Below the pieces are notes generated by a model. The model did not search any database. It was given only the letters and a program-made list of their open reading frames with translations, and was not told where the DNA came from. This document shows, piece after piece, positions 25,660-38,259 of a DNA stretch of 64,000 bases. Both the position numbers and the translations under genes were made by a program. This DNA comes from Vicugna vicugna (lineage: Eukaryota). Each line of letters begins with the position of its first letter. Position 1 is the first letter of the stretch. The DNA is taken from positions 2,291,223 to 2,355,222 of the forward strand of contig MU062962.1 in assembly GCA_013265495.1 (NCBI GenBank), read 5' to 3'.

Positions 25660-26300
25660 GGCAGCGACACACCAGGCGCCTCCTGATGTAATTCAGCAAG
25701 AGGCAATACGGTATCACCAACGACGTATTCTTGCCAAAATGCCTAACCTGAATCTAACCTGGAGTAAACAAGCTGATAGCTCCAGCTGCGGGACATTCTA
25801 CAACAAATCCAGCCTGGACTCTTCAAAAAAGTCAATATCATAAAATTTCTTAAGATGGCAAGGAAGGTGGACTATTTTTGATTAAAAGACACTAAAAAGA
25901 CATAACTCAATACACTGCATAAACCTTAATTCGAGCTCAGAGTTAAACACACACACACAACTATAGGAGACATTTTGGAGATAATTAGAGAAATATGAAA
26001 CTTTGAATATAGGATGTAGGTTAGGTGATATTATAAAATTATTCACTAGTTTTCAGCTGGGATGAGATGAGGGTGTTGTGGCTGTGTAGAAGTTCCTTAC
26101 CTTTGCAAAATGCCTGCTCAATATTTGATATTGAAGTGTTATGATTTCTGCACACAAAAAATGGAGAGAAGAGGACAGGAAGGGAATGTGGCCAATGGTA
26201 ATAACTGGTAAATCTGGTGGGAGGAATACGGGTACTCATTCTACCATTCTTTCACATTTCCTACAGTTCTAATATATTTTTTTAATAAAACAAAAATTTT
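25660..26300 (+). mobile_element. Old L1 3' end (L1MC4/L1ME-type)
   Basis: cgtattcttgccaaaatgcctaacctgaatctaa..ggactcttcaaaaaagtcaatatcat..ggaatacgggtactcattctaccattctt. Confidence 0.8.
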
Positions 26301-28214
26301 GGAATGTTGATACCGATTGTCTGTGAGCGGGCAGATTATACCTGGTTTTGAGTTTCTCTTTCTCACTCTCCACCTTTGGCTTTTCCAAAATTTGGGCAGT
26401 AAAAGGGGGCACTTTCACAGCTGGGACAAGGACTAATTAATGTTCATCTGCGGGTGTCAGAAATAAATTCCACAGAGGCAGAAAGGCTGAACTTCACCCC
26501 TCAGGGCCTCAAAGAAGCTCGGTAGGGTGGGTGTTCTTGGCCCCCAAGACAGCACCAACCTGGTGTCCCTCCTCCTAGCAGAAGAATGATAGGGCAGTGA
26601 GATGCTCGGAGCAGAGCCACCCAGGGCTCGAGGCCCACCTCAGCTGGGGGCGGGGGGGCACAGCATTGTGGCCACAAGAGCCCCCCCTGCTGCCTCTGCA
26701 GAAAGATTTCTCTGCAATGGGAGCAGGAGAAGCCCCTGTCCTCCTGGCGCCACGGCTGCAGGACCCGTGCGTGACATCCAGAGACACAGGCTCCCCGGGG
26801 CACTGGGATGGAGAGCGGACACAAGACTTCCGCCTAGAGGGTCTCCTCCCCTGGGGGCGGGCCTCAGCCCAGCTCCCTCCACAACAGGCGGCACCACCTG
26901 GCCTTCCAGTCTCCATCTCATCCCGGCCAGTGTATGCCAAGTGCTGGATGTTGGCAGTGAGAGCAGAGGGTAGGGGCTTGAGGGGACAAGGCCGTGATCC
27001 CTCCCAGGGTGACCAGGTGGTCGCAGGCATGCCAATACCCTCCTGCTTGTCTAGAGTCCACAGTGGACTTCTGAGCAAATGCTCTTGTCCACAAGCCTCA
27101 GGTCTCCTCCACATCTGTCTGCCTCACCAGTCCTGCCACAGGGACACTGACTGTAGCTTACTGCTGCCCACAGCCAGGGTCTGAAGGACAGAGAGAGGGA
27201 GGGAGGGAAGGAGAAGCTGCCCAGAGCCAAGCATCTTTAGTTTTTAAAAAGCCAGAACCACGGGCTCTGAAGCCTAATTCTCAGATGAGGGGATCCCCTC
27301 TCCTCACCACAGAAGAGCATACTTCCTCCTTGCCGTCTGCAGCTCAGTCTCCCCTCCTAGAGGCTTATGGAAGCGTTTTGCCTGAAGGAGTCAGGATCTG
27401 AACACAGGCAACCAGACCCCTGAATCCAAACACTTCTTAGGTCAAACTGCCTTCTGCACAGAAATTTTCAAAAGAAATTTCACTTGGACCCCAAGCCTCT
27501 TGCGGGTACAACAACGGTCTCTCCCCGGGAGCCGAAGTTTCCTCCAGCCCCAGCCTCACGCTGAGTTTTGGCTACCGGAGCCTCTCTTCTCTCCCTGAGA
27601 AGAAACTGGGGGAATATTCCACCCTCTTCCGGTGAGTGTGTCCACACTTGCCCTGGGCCAGAAGGCGGGCCAAGGACCGCTTGCACAGAGCTGACACCTC
27701 CAGGTGTGCTGTGGCCTCCAGCCCCCTGAGCAGGTCTGCGGCCTCAGATCCCAGGGGCTGGGGATTCCGTACTCGGAAGCCCGGAGCCAAGCTGCCTAAT
27801 CTTGTCCAAGAAAATTCTTTGCAACCTGGTGATAATACCCACAAGGGGGCAGCAGACCCTCATGAAAAGAAACTCCTTAAAGTAGAGGCATTTGAGCCCT
27901 CAGGGGCCCTTACTGAGGATCCTGACAGCCCACCGAGCACTCAGGTGGTTGAGTAACAGGGGTTAGAGCACAATCATTCTCTATATCCGGTTAGTGCTTC
28001 CTGCTTGGCAGACTAGCCCCTGTATCACCTCATCTGAACCGTACAGTGGTCCTGAGGCAAGGGAGCACCAACATCTCTACGTGACAGATAAGAAAGCCAG
28101 GCTCAGAAGGGTTAGGTGACTTGTCCGAGTCAGAGGGCTGGTCACTTATCAGAGCAGGGACTTGGGTGCCGGCACGTGCGCTCCCCACGGCTGTCTACGG
28201 TCATCACAGCGGGA

Positions 28215-28660
28215 GTTTCTCGCTTGCTTCCCACACATGCAAGTCCTCTCTCCACCTTCACAACAACCTATGAGGCACGCTAACTATCCCCACTTTATAG
28301 GCAAGAAAAGAGAGGTGGAGGAAATTAAGTAACTTGCACAAGTAACAGATAGCGTAGCCAGGATCTGAACTTGGGTTCGGCCGACCCAGTGTTCTACTAC
28401 CACCTGCTGCGTCCCCACTGTCACTTGTAGGTCACAAACATTCACTGAGCAGCATCGGTGTTCAGTCTGGTCGTGTGCTAGTCACCAGTGATGCGGCATC
28501 CAATCTAGGAAAACCTAAGATGAAGGTGCCAGGGGACCCACCTGGGTGAGTACCACTAGCCCCATTTTTATAAATGAGGCAACAGGGCCTAGAGAGGTGA
28601 ATGGACTTGACTGAGGCCACAAGAATAAGCAAAGGGCCGGGGGTTTGCACCCAGCCCACT
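28215..28660 (-). mobile_element. Two MIR SINE fragments
   Basis: aacaacctatgagg..ccccactttatag..aagtaacttgcacaag; then cccatttttataaatgagg..gagaggtgaatggacttg. Confidence 0.7.
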
Positions 28661-29599
28661 TGCTACCGCTGCCGCTTTCTTAGAGCTCCAAGCACCAAAT
28701 TTGCTGAGGAGAATATCAGAAATAGGAACTGTCCCCAAACACAAGGGAAATTCTGTTGTGACGGTCGTCTCATCGGATCTCTGGGGTCACCCGTGCTCAG
28801 CCTGCAGCCCAGACTTCCGCCCTTCTCATTCCCAGAAGCTGCTTCCCCTTCCCATCACCAAGTCAGGCTCTTCTCCCTCTGGAATGGCCCAGAAAACTAG
28901 ACCATTTTGCATACTGAGGACTCTGGATGAATAGCTGCTGTTGAGGGTCAAATGGGTTTCCCCAGGGCCATCTCCAGTCTGCACCCCACTACCACCAAGA
29001 GGCACAGAGTTAGGGCAGCACCGGGCATCGGGTGCAATGCCTGGGCAGGCAGGTGTTCTCCTCCTTGGGTCTTGGAGCCCCTTTACCCAAGCAAATCCCA
29101 CTCCCTGGGCACCTCTTTTGTTCTTCCAGCAGATTCAGTCCTCAGTCTGCTGGGAAGCTCCTGCATCCTCAAGGTTGCCATTTCCTGGGGATTTTGCGCT
29201 TATGTCCCCTCGGGGGTCTTAGAAAAATATGCCCCCTTCTCTACTGCCCTCTAGAGCAAGCTCATATGCCTACTGTAAGAACAGTGGTATCGTATCTGAA
29301 AAGACTATTGGATTTGGAAATCTGAGCTCAAAGATATGGATATAAAACCCAGTTTTCAGACTCACCAGTGGGGGACAAGGACAAATCTCTGAATTTCTCT
29401 GGGCTGGGCATCACCCTCCTGTCCTTACCACAGGAACGAGAGCCTTGGGGTTAGAGTGGCATTAAATAAAGTGATGTATCACAGACGGCACTTTGCAAAC
29501 TGTTAGCTGCTACACAAACATTAGCTCTTCTTGCTGCACATCAATCAAGAAAAAAAGGGAAGGGAAGGATGTAACATGTGATTGAAGTATGAATACTCA

Positions 29600-30405
29600 G
29601 GAAATCGCCCCCAAAATGAGCAAAGGCCCTGAACAGATATTTCACTAAAGAAGATATGTGGGTGCCAAATCATCACACAAAAAGATCCTAAACATCATTA
29701 GGCAGTAGGTAAATACAAATTAAAGCCACAATGAACTGCTACTACACACCTGTGAGAATTACAATTTTAAAAGAAAATAACCACACATACACACAGTGCT
29801 GGTGGGAAGGCAAAAGGGTACAGCCACCTTGGAAAACAATTGGGCAGTTTCTTAAAGTTAAACGCAGACTTTTCATATGAACCAGCAATCCTGCTTCTTA
29901 GCATTTAACCAAGAGAAACGAAACAAGCAAAAGCGAGGTCTACAGAGGCTTACTCATAATAACCAGACCTGGAGACAACCCCGGTGTTCTTCAGTGAGTG
30001 AGTGGATCGGTGAACGGTGCTACACCCTGCAACTGGATACCGCTCCGCAACAAACAGAACCGCGCACTGCTGACACCCACCGGACGCCTCGCCGGTGCAT
30101 CGCGCTGAGTGGGAGAAGCGGGACCTCGAAGAATACATACTGCGTGAGTCCACTTGTATGACCTTCTGGAAAAGGCAAAACTGTAGTGACTCAGGACCCA
30201 ACTAGCAGCTGCCAGGGGTGGGGAAGTTAGCAGAAGGCTGCCTACAAAGGGGCAGAAGAAGGGAGTGGCTGCAGAGGTGCTTAGTGATGGGTTGGTTTTG
30301 TATTCTTACTGTGGTTGTGATTAAAGGACACCATACATTTAACAGAACTTTTAAAATTGTCCACCAAAAATAATTAACTTTACTATATAATTTCAAATAA
30401 CTTTT
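29600..30405 (+). mobile_element. Old L1 ORF2 end and 3' UTR (L1MB/MC-type)
   Basis: ctgaacagatatttcactaaagaagatat..cagccaccttggaaaacaattgggcagtttctt..ccacttgtatgaccttctggaaaaggcaaaactgtag. Confidence 0.85.
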
Positions 30406-30419
30406 GAAAACTTTTCTAA

Positions 30420-31320
30420 AGCTGCATAATCAGCCTAGTATTTAATGGATGGAAATTTTTTCTCATTCCCTTTTCTGCTGGAACTTGTATTCCAATTACT
30501 TCCCCCACTGAATTTTACCCTAATGTAATATTTTGATGGTTGAAAGTCTTATTCATCATCATCATCATATCATACTTCTTACAACAAATACATAATTTAA
30601 ATTTAATTCTTAAAAAATGCCTTGTGATCCTAAGGCTAAGTGCTAAAAATATTCCTCCATTGAGTTGTCACTATATTATTATTTGGTACACAATTGATCA
30701 AAACATTAATACGTTACATAAAAAGTAAAAATTCATTAGAAATGTATTTCTTAAGAACTTGTCTTAATTTTCCATGTGTCCATTGCCACAAAGATGGAAT
30801 TTCAGAATCAATTCTGTTCTCTTTTTCAGTTTAATAGAAGTAAGCACTGAGAAACTTGTCCATATTAGTGGATGGCTAGAACCAGGAGTTTGGCTATTAG
30901 AATGTCACTTCTTTGAACAACTCCTGAGTTACATGCCAAGGATGACAGTGACATTCTCCCAAACTCATTTTTAATGATGAACAGGTGTCAAATCAAACTG
31001 ACAAGAACTAAAAGCCAGCTATCTTGCAGTAGTCATTTGCTTTTTCATTTTCTGAAAAGTATAATGAAAAAGCTTTCCCAAGACTTATCAAATGGCTCAC
31101 AAGCATTCATCTTACCCTCTCACTTAGAATCACCTTATTCAAGTCAATATACTTTAAAAGGTTTAGGAAAATGGAGATAGTGGTAATCTCAACATATTTT
31201 TACCAGTGTAATAATTTCTAACAAAATAATTTAATGTCATTGTGCTTCTTCTTTATGTTTTGATCAAAACATTGGACCCATCGATTAAGCTCAACTGATT
31301 TATGGGAAGTAACAGTCAAC
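30420..31320 (-). mobile_element. Fossil hAT-Charlie DNA transposon (transposase C-terminus and 3' subterminal region)
   Basis: Minus strand 30925-30790 reads, with frameshifts, SDILIAKLLVL-PSTN..FSVLTSIKLKKR-RIDSE. This resembles the Buster/Charlie C-terminus (A.K.LLPF.STYLCE..FS.L..IK.K.RNR). An INQLSL..Q.FDQN-like stretch lies near 31255-31305. 30420-30620 resembles recalled Charlie 3' ends. Confidence 0.62.
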
Positions 31321-32689
31321 ATTAAAGTTATGTAAATCTATGTAATTAATTACCCCTGGTTTTAAAAGTTGTGAAACAAGATGGTTAATAAATGTGTTAT
31401 TTCTGTTTCCTTAATTTGTGATAATGGAAAGTAATGAGTAGCAAAAATTGTTTTGCACAAGGCAAGATGTCTGATCAAAATAATAGTATTCCTTCAATGT
31501 ATGTGTGTGTTATCAAGTTCTTGCATTCAGCCTTTGATAAAACATAAATAAAATTCCACATTTAAAATTCAGAAATTATTAAACAACATGATCAAACTTT
31601 TCCTACCCATGTAAAGACCGAGAAAGATATACACAACTGAAAAACAAAACCAATCAGTTTAGCAGCTAGCATATAACTTGTATTTTTATTAGTAGTGATA
31701 GAAAATATTAAATATTTAATAAGATGAAATGAGATAAGCATTAGGTATAATCAACTGATGATTTGATTTGAGAATATAGATTTTGAGTAATTTATTGACT
31801 AACTCGGAACAATCTGAAATAAATCACAAGTTTTACCCACGTATTTTTTCAACTGTATCTTGAATAATTTGGTAATACCAGGAAAGCTTAAAAGAATCAG
31901 CATCATTAATTACTTGCGCTGGTTAAACGTGGGGCTCTTTTCCTAGCCCATAAGGCCTGCTAGAATGAGTATGAGAACAGCTGAAAGGAATTGCTTGTGT
32001 TAAACACTTGAAAATAGCCATTTTAGCACTTCATATATTTTTCATGCTGTCTTGGCTTCTCTCTTCTAGAAATCGCCTTCAAGAGGGACTCATTCTTTGA
32101 CAGTAGTCTGGGGTGGGAGAAGGCAAGACTGATCATTAAAGGAATTTTGCCTTCAGTCCAACTGCCCCCACTCTACACTATATTAGAATTCAAACATCAC
32201 AAAATAGGTCAAAATACCCTTTTCCAACACTATGCTTTAACTTTCAGAGAAATGTGTTTAAGATACAAAACCAGAAGGCAGGTTTATGGCTCTTTAATTA
32301 ATCATTAAAGGAGGCCCCTGGAAGTGTTTCAAGTAATCCCTTTATTGGGGGCCTCTGAGGTTACACACTGGGGCAGCACACCACAGGGAGAGTCTGAGGG
32401 GGTGAGAAGTCCTGCCTGCCTCTGGGAAGCGTGGAAGGCGATTGTGGGAGGGGAGAAAGAGCTTGAAGCTGCTGAGAGGGTGCTTCAATTGCCTGCTTTT
32501 CAATGGGGAAACTTTAGGAAACATACATATAGAAGTTAAGGATCTGGAAACAGATTCCCTTCCCATGCCTTTAAACCTCTTGGAAACCCTTCCTATAACC
32601 CCCATTTAAAGACGCTCTAAGATGCTGCTCAGAGAATACATCCACTGTCTGTTGAAAGTGGTTCCAGGACAAAGAGAAATCAGTCAGTC

Positions 32690-33060
32690 ACCCTAGCAAG
32701 GCCTTCCCACATTCCTGTTTCCGCTCCTGCATCTGTTCCTGCACTCAAAGTATCTGGGATTCTCATCCTGCCCGGTTCAAGAAGTCTCTCTACAAACTCC
32801 TGGTCCTCAGCCCCAGCCACCCCGTCATGACCCCACGTCTTTCAAGACTCAACTGAGACCTCCTTTATCTATCCTTACTCCCGTATGGACTTGCACCGCC
32901 ACCCTACCCCATATATCCTTTACCAAAATATTTGTAATACTTGATTAATTTTGTTTACACATCTGTTCCCAATTTTGGAATTCACGTTTTATTCCTTTAT
33001 GTGTCCTCAGTTCCTAAAATAGTTTAGAAGTGGAATAAACGTCAGTTGAATGAGTGAAAC
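32690..33060 (+). mobile_element. LINE-2 3' end
   Basis: ctttcaagactcaactgagacctcc..ends aataaacgtcagttgaatgagtga. Confidence 0.7.
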
Positions 33061-33199
33061 TAAGGCTTACTGGTTGTCTCCGTTGATGACAGCCTCTTGG
33101 TCCAGCCCTGTCCAACTTTAAGGTGACCCAGGCCTGACACCACACAACCAACATTGGGCTACAGGGTGACCTGCCTGCAAAGTTCTTTGAACTTTTTCA

Positions 33200-33380
33200 G
33201 GACTCCAAGCCACTGATACACATTAGAATCACCTAGGGAAACCTTTTTTTTTTTTAATGCTGATGCTCAGAACTCCACCTAGACCACTAAATCAGAAGCT
33301 GTCTTGAGAGTGGAACCCAGGCATCAGTATTGTTGAATTTTCCCAGACGATTCTAACAGGCAACTGAGATTGAGAACTGC
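33200..33380. mobile_element. hAT-Charlie MITE, MER5-like
   Basis: cacattagaatcacctaggga..ctgatgctcag..aatcagaa..caggcatcagtatt..gattctaa..ttgagaactgct. Confidence 0.8.
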
Positions 33381-33539
33381 TCTCGTGAGACATGCTTATC
33401 TGCAACCCAAGGAGCACTGGGCTTACACTAACTTCAGCTGTGTACGAATTCTCAGTTCTGCCCCAAGTTCCTAATCTTCCCTCCAGGTGTGGGCTCCCAG
33501 ACCTTTTCCTCCGAGCTACATGCACATCCACCTGGAAGT

Positions 33540-36500
33540 GAGCCCAGCATTCAAGCCCACCCATGATACCATATGTCTAAATATTTGAAAGTTATAAATC
33601 AAGCTAAAAACTGTTAAATACTGTCTGTCCCTTCCTCCTTCCTTGACAAATATAACTTTCATAACATCAAAATTGAAAAATGTGTGCAAAGCTATGGTTC
33701 TTGTATGACTAAAAGTTGGCAAACTATCAAAGATAACTGATTGCATATGTCTGCACGTCTCGGTGAGCTGACGATGTTCAGGTGGGCAATGTAAAAAAGA
33801 TACACCATAATTAACTATTATAAACTTATTCCATAAATTCTCTGTCTTGTCCTTCATTTCAGCAAATCACTTATTGTGTTGCTATAATCTAAAATTACAG
33901 ATGCCAAAATCGGCAATTTTAATGTAGGCAAACACTGCTCAGGTAACAACCATTGGACTTGTCAGTACAATTCTCAAAGCAATACTTAGATTGGAAATGA
34001 GTCATGAATTTTACATACCACACTCAAATATTGTAATGTGGTCACGTATGATAACTTCATGTTGTTACTGGACATACAAAATATTTTCATTTTATTACAC
34101 AAACTGCTGTCCTTATATGAATAACATATTTATGACTTATATAGTCATTTTTAGCTTTCCTTACAATGTCTAGATCAATATGGCATTTTCATGGGTTCTT
34201 CTTTTTTAATTTTTCTGAACTGGGTTATTATAAAGAAAACTGAAAATAGCAAGATGTGGGTTTACTTGCTCAAACTTCTCCCTGATCAAGATCCTTAATC
34301 TAGAATGGCCAGAAAACAGTCTATAGAAACCAGTTTCCAGATTGTATATTATTGAATCTTCTCCACAGTCATACAAATGTTTTTGTTTCATTGTTTGGGT
34401 TCACTTGTATTTTCCTGGAATAGTACTTCTGTTGCATATTTATCATGCAATTTTTTTGAGAATGACAATTTTCTCTACATTTTTAAATACCTTTTTAGAA
34501 TCCCTTTAAAAGTGAAATAACCAAACCATTTTAATGGTTCAGGGTTTTGATTGTTTTTGCTTCTGTCCTTGTAACTCTTTGGTAACACTATTTATAGCAA
34601 ACAAAAGTTCATAATAAATGACTGAAGAGTGAAAATTCAAAATTAATTTCACTTTCTGCCAAAGACCAAGATTTGTTCTTTGAGGATCTTATATTGTTCG
34701 GCTTAATTCTACTAATGTATTTCATATCTTGTCTAAATTAAATCTAGTTGCTTTAACAGCATTTCATTGGAATTCCCGTTGTAGGGCTAAGAGTGTCTGC
34801 AGAGCCAGATTTGGTATGTGTTTCATCAGGATGTTCTACCTTTGAGCAGTAACAATGAACTATACTGAAAACAATGTCTATAATCTGCAAGTTGTTCCAA
34901 GGAATGCCACTGCTACCAGCACTGCAAAGCTAGGCTCGTCCTGCTAAAATTCAAACTACTCTTCAGAGAACGCTTCTGTACTTGCAGCTAAATTTCAGAG
35001 TTGTTTACCTTTTTCTTTGACAATCATGTTAGCATCATTATCACAAGCTTATGATAAGCTTTTAAATCAGTGGCTAAATTTGAAGCTGTGTCTTCAGTTA
35101 AGACAAAACCTGTATATTTCACAACAGGTGTAAAACCAACAAAAGATTCATTAATTTTATGTTTCCTGTTTTTTTCTGATAGTTTAGCAATGAGTGTCAT
35201 AAATATGTTATTCAACAAGACTCTTGACTCTGCTACAATCTAGTTGAACTGAGTAATGTTTTCTATTTTTAAAATTACGTATGTTTTTATCATTTTATTA
35301 TCCATTGACTTAATAATCTCTTTTTAATCCTCCATCTTCAATAATGATCATTTGATTCTCTTTAAATCTCTGTTTCATGTTTAATCATTCTAGCAGAAAA
35401 TGTTTAAATCATTTATATAAAACCCAGACAACCTTCCACTGTTTTCCATAAAGATAGCTATTACCATGAAAAGCATCATTTTGTTTGGCTAAATATTGGG
35501 CACATAAATATTTTTCTTTTAAAAATATCTCACCAATATTCTGTATTGGTGTTTACTTGTCTTTGTTAAATACCACTAAATGTCTGCTGCCTTTCTCTCT
35601 TGAACAATTGCTTGGGTGATTTTTGTGTGTGTGTACAAGTGATTGACCTCTTCTGGCTGTAAATAACCTCCTCCCCCAAAGCTGATCTTAAAAGATTGAT
35701 TGTAATTGGTACTGAATGAACAAATATGGTCTTTGAACTTAACATATAGAAGCCAGTTTCTACAAGTTCTTTCTCCAAATGAAAGAATGGTGGTATGAGA
35801 TGAAATATTAAATTATCTTGCCACGTTCATCGAAACAAAATTTATAGCCGTTCATTTGGATGGGACTGTGTTTTAAGGAAATACTCTTCTGCGGTGAGGA
35901 GGACATGATGGGCAATTTTCCAGAACCAGCCTCCCACAAGCACAGTAAAGTTCCCAAAGTTTCCATTCATCATTCTCCTCCCACTGGGCTAATTTCATGA
36001 ATGTCATTTTCTTCGTGTCTCCTAGACAGGCACGAGCTGCATCCAGGGCTTCTGAGTTGTAAATGTGATACGAACAATTCCCTTTTACACTTTCATTCTT
36101 TTGATTGCTAATTAAATCTTCACTAAAGAAATAATTTGTAAGGTTCGGTGTAAAAATTTTATATGGAATAGTCCAACAAAATCATCCTCACTTTTGGTTT
36201 TTTCTGCTGTTTTTAATGATTTAATTAGATCGCCTCTTTGGCAATTTTCTGTTTCTTTTCAGCTTCCAAGCTTTACTCTCCTATTTTTTATTTTTAATCA
36301 CAATCTTGACTTGTATTCATTTCATTCATTCTCAACGATGAGAAGATTAATGTGAAATGTGACCCTATTCAAATTTGCCTCATTTGAGTAGATCTCATCA
36401 AAAATGGGGGAAAATGAACAAGTAAAATTATGTTTACCTGTATTTGATATTTATTTTAAGAATATTTTAATATTTATAACTATCCATTAAAATTTTATGG

Positions 36501-37255
36501 CAAAATCCAAATCAGAATGAATGAATATAAAATTTTAAATAACAGTGATGTTGTAATTTGATTTTCTGAAAATTTAATTTGACCATACTTAGCATTTTTA
36601 TAAAAAGAAAGCATCCTTTATTTTTAAATTGCAATGAAGCCTCACAGTTCTAGCATCCAAAGGCTATCTGGTTGTCTGCTCATGTGAGGAACAGGTGTTA
36701 GGCCTCACAGGAGTTCCATCGAGACATACACGTATGCAAATCTCAGCGTAGTATGAATTGAGGGTTGCACACGTTCCTTAGACACTGGATATTTGCAATT
36801 GTTACAGATATTAATATTGAGCTAATTCCTGAACATCTTCATCACCAGGAATTGGAAATTAAAGAGAAGCCAGGAAAACAGATTCTTAGCGCTTCTGGAA
36901 GATAACACTTGGTAAGAATCAATAGGATTTATGCTACCTGAGAGGAACATTTTCACAAGTTAATCAGTATTTTCCCCACCTAAGGGCTTCTGCCACCAAA
37001 ATTCTCCTTTCTGATATTGGCGGCAAGACAGCTCCCAAAACTTCCTCACATCAAAACACAGCCACCTTTCATTTCAAGGACAAGCCAGTAAGGACAAATG
37101 GAGAAGCATTTGCTAGAGCCTGAATGCTGTTAGAGAGCAAAGGTCTGGCTGGAGCTGCAGGTCACACCATGCACATGTTGAGTGCCACAACCAAGTGACA
37201 TCTTTCTGTGTGTTTGTAACACGTGGGGCCCTCCTGCCCGGGCCCAGCAGTGCTA
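33540..37255 (-). mobile_element. Near-complete fossil hAT-Tip100 DNA transposon (Zaphod-like) with a degenerate transposase
   Basis: Minus-strand motifs in the expected order: GERTCRNWLLYVKFKDHICSF (~35776-35714), QYLAKQNDAFHG (~35498-35463), HYSVQLDCSRV (~35258-35226), INESFVGFTPVVKYTG (ORF 35024-35218), CDNDANMIVKEKG (~35045-35006), VIYYELLFAINSVTKELQ (~34622-34569), EKFEQ..IFSFLY (ORF 34206-34391), FP(N)LSIALRIVLTSP (~34000-33955). Both terminal regions resemble recalled MER115/Zaphod sequence. Confidence 0.85.
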
Positions 37256-37639
37256 AATTCCACTCTAGCCCCTGGACTCATGTCCCCCAGGAGAAAGGCA
37301 CTTCCTCACCTTGTCCCAGAAAGCCATGGCTTCACCCCTCCCCACCCTAACACTGCGTGCCTCAGCACAGCCCTCCTGGGTGTCTGTGGACCCACCAGAA
37401 AACCCAACTATCCCCAGCCTGACTCTGCCCTGCTTTGCCCAGAGAATATTCAGTCTTCCATACCATTCAAAATATCATCACCTCACCAAGGCTCTGCATG
37501 TCTGCCTCATGGCACCAGCCCCAAGGGCACAAGCAGACTGACACCCAGACAGGTGAATGGTATCATGACTCTTCAGACTAACGTCTTATTTTGTTTTTTA
37601 ATGTTTGGCAGCAGTACAGCAGAGCGGTTAATTGCTGGA

Positions 37640-37830
37640 TCTCTGTAGACCTGCCGCTTGGATTGACATTCCAGCTCTGACACTTAAAAGCTGTATAACC
37701 TGAAGTCGAGTTACTTATCCTTTCTGAACCTTAATTTTCCCTCTGTAACATGGGAATAATAACGCCTACCTCACGCATTTTGGTGGGGGCCATATAGGCA
37801 ATGACTTACACAAAGTAACTAGCACTTTTC
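37640..37830 (+). mobile_element. MIR SINE
   Basis: ccagctctgacacttaaaagctgtataacc..agttacttatcctttctgaacctt..ctgtaacatgggaataataac. Confidence 0.75.
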
Positions 37831-38259
37831 CATAGCTATTCTTTTCCTTATTTGTTTAACATTGGTTACATGTTTATTTTACATTAATGATTTCTAACAC
37901 AACATTGTAAATCAACTAAACTACAATTTTTTAAAAAAGGGCAAAAAAAAAAACCCACAGAAGACAAATAAATAAATTTAAAAAAAAACAACAATACTGC
38001 TTTCTTCAGGCTTAAGACATGAACTGTATCACAGGTAATTCTCCAAACCAAAAAATGTATTGGGGTGGGGTGACATATTAAAGCGTTTTTAATTTGCATA
38101 ATAATGTGAATCATTTGTAACTAGCAGATGTATTGGTCCAACTTGTCTCAGAATTATAGCAACTGTAAAAGTCAACATCAAGCAACTATCAATGGCTAGA
38201 CTTGGGATTTAAAGTGCCATGCAAAGAAAACATAACGTTTGCATGTATAGGAACCAGAG

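Noticed and set aside
26501-27184. Overlapping 107-195 aa ORFs on both strands
   Set aside because: GC-rich sequence with few stop codons; open in several frames at once; no recognisable domain, splice structure or promoter.
33845-35800. Domesticated transposase gene (ZMYM1/THAP12/ZBED-like)
   Set aside because: Many stops and frameshifts, longest open segments only ~60-70 aa, and the ERSFS segment appears deleted.
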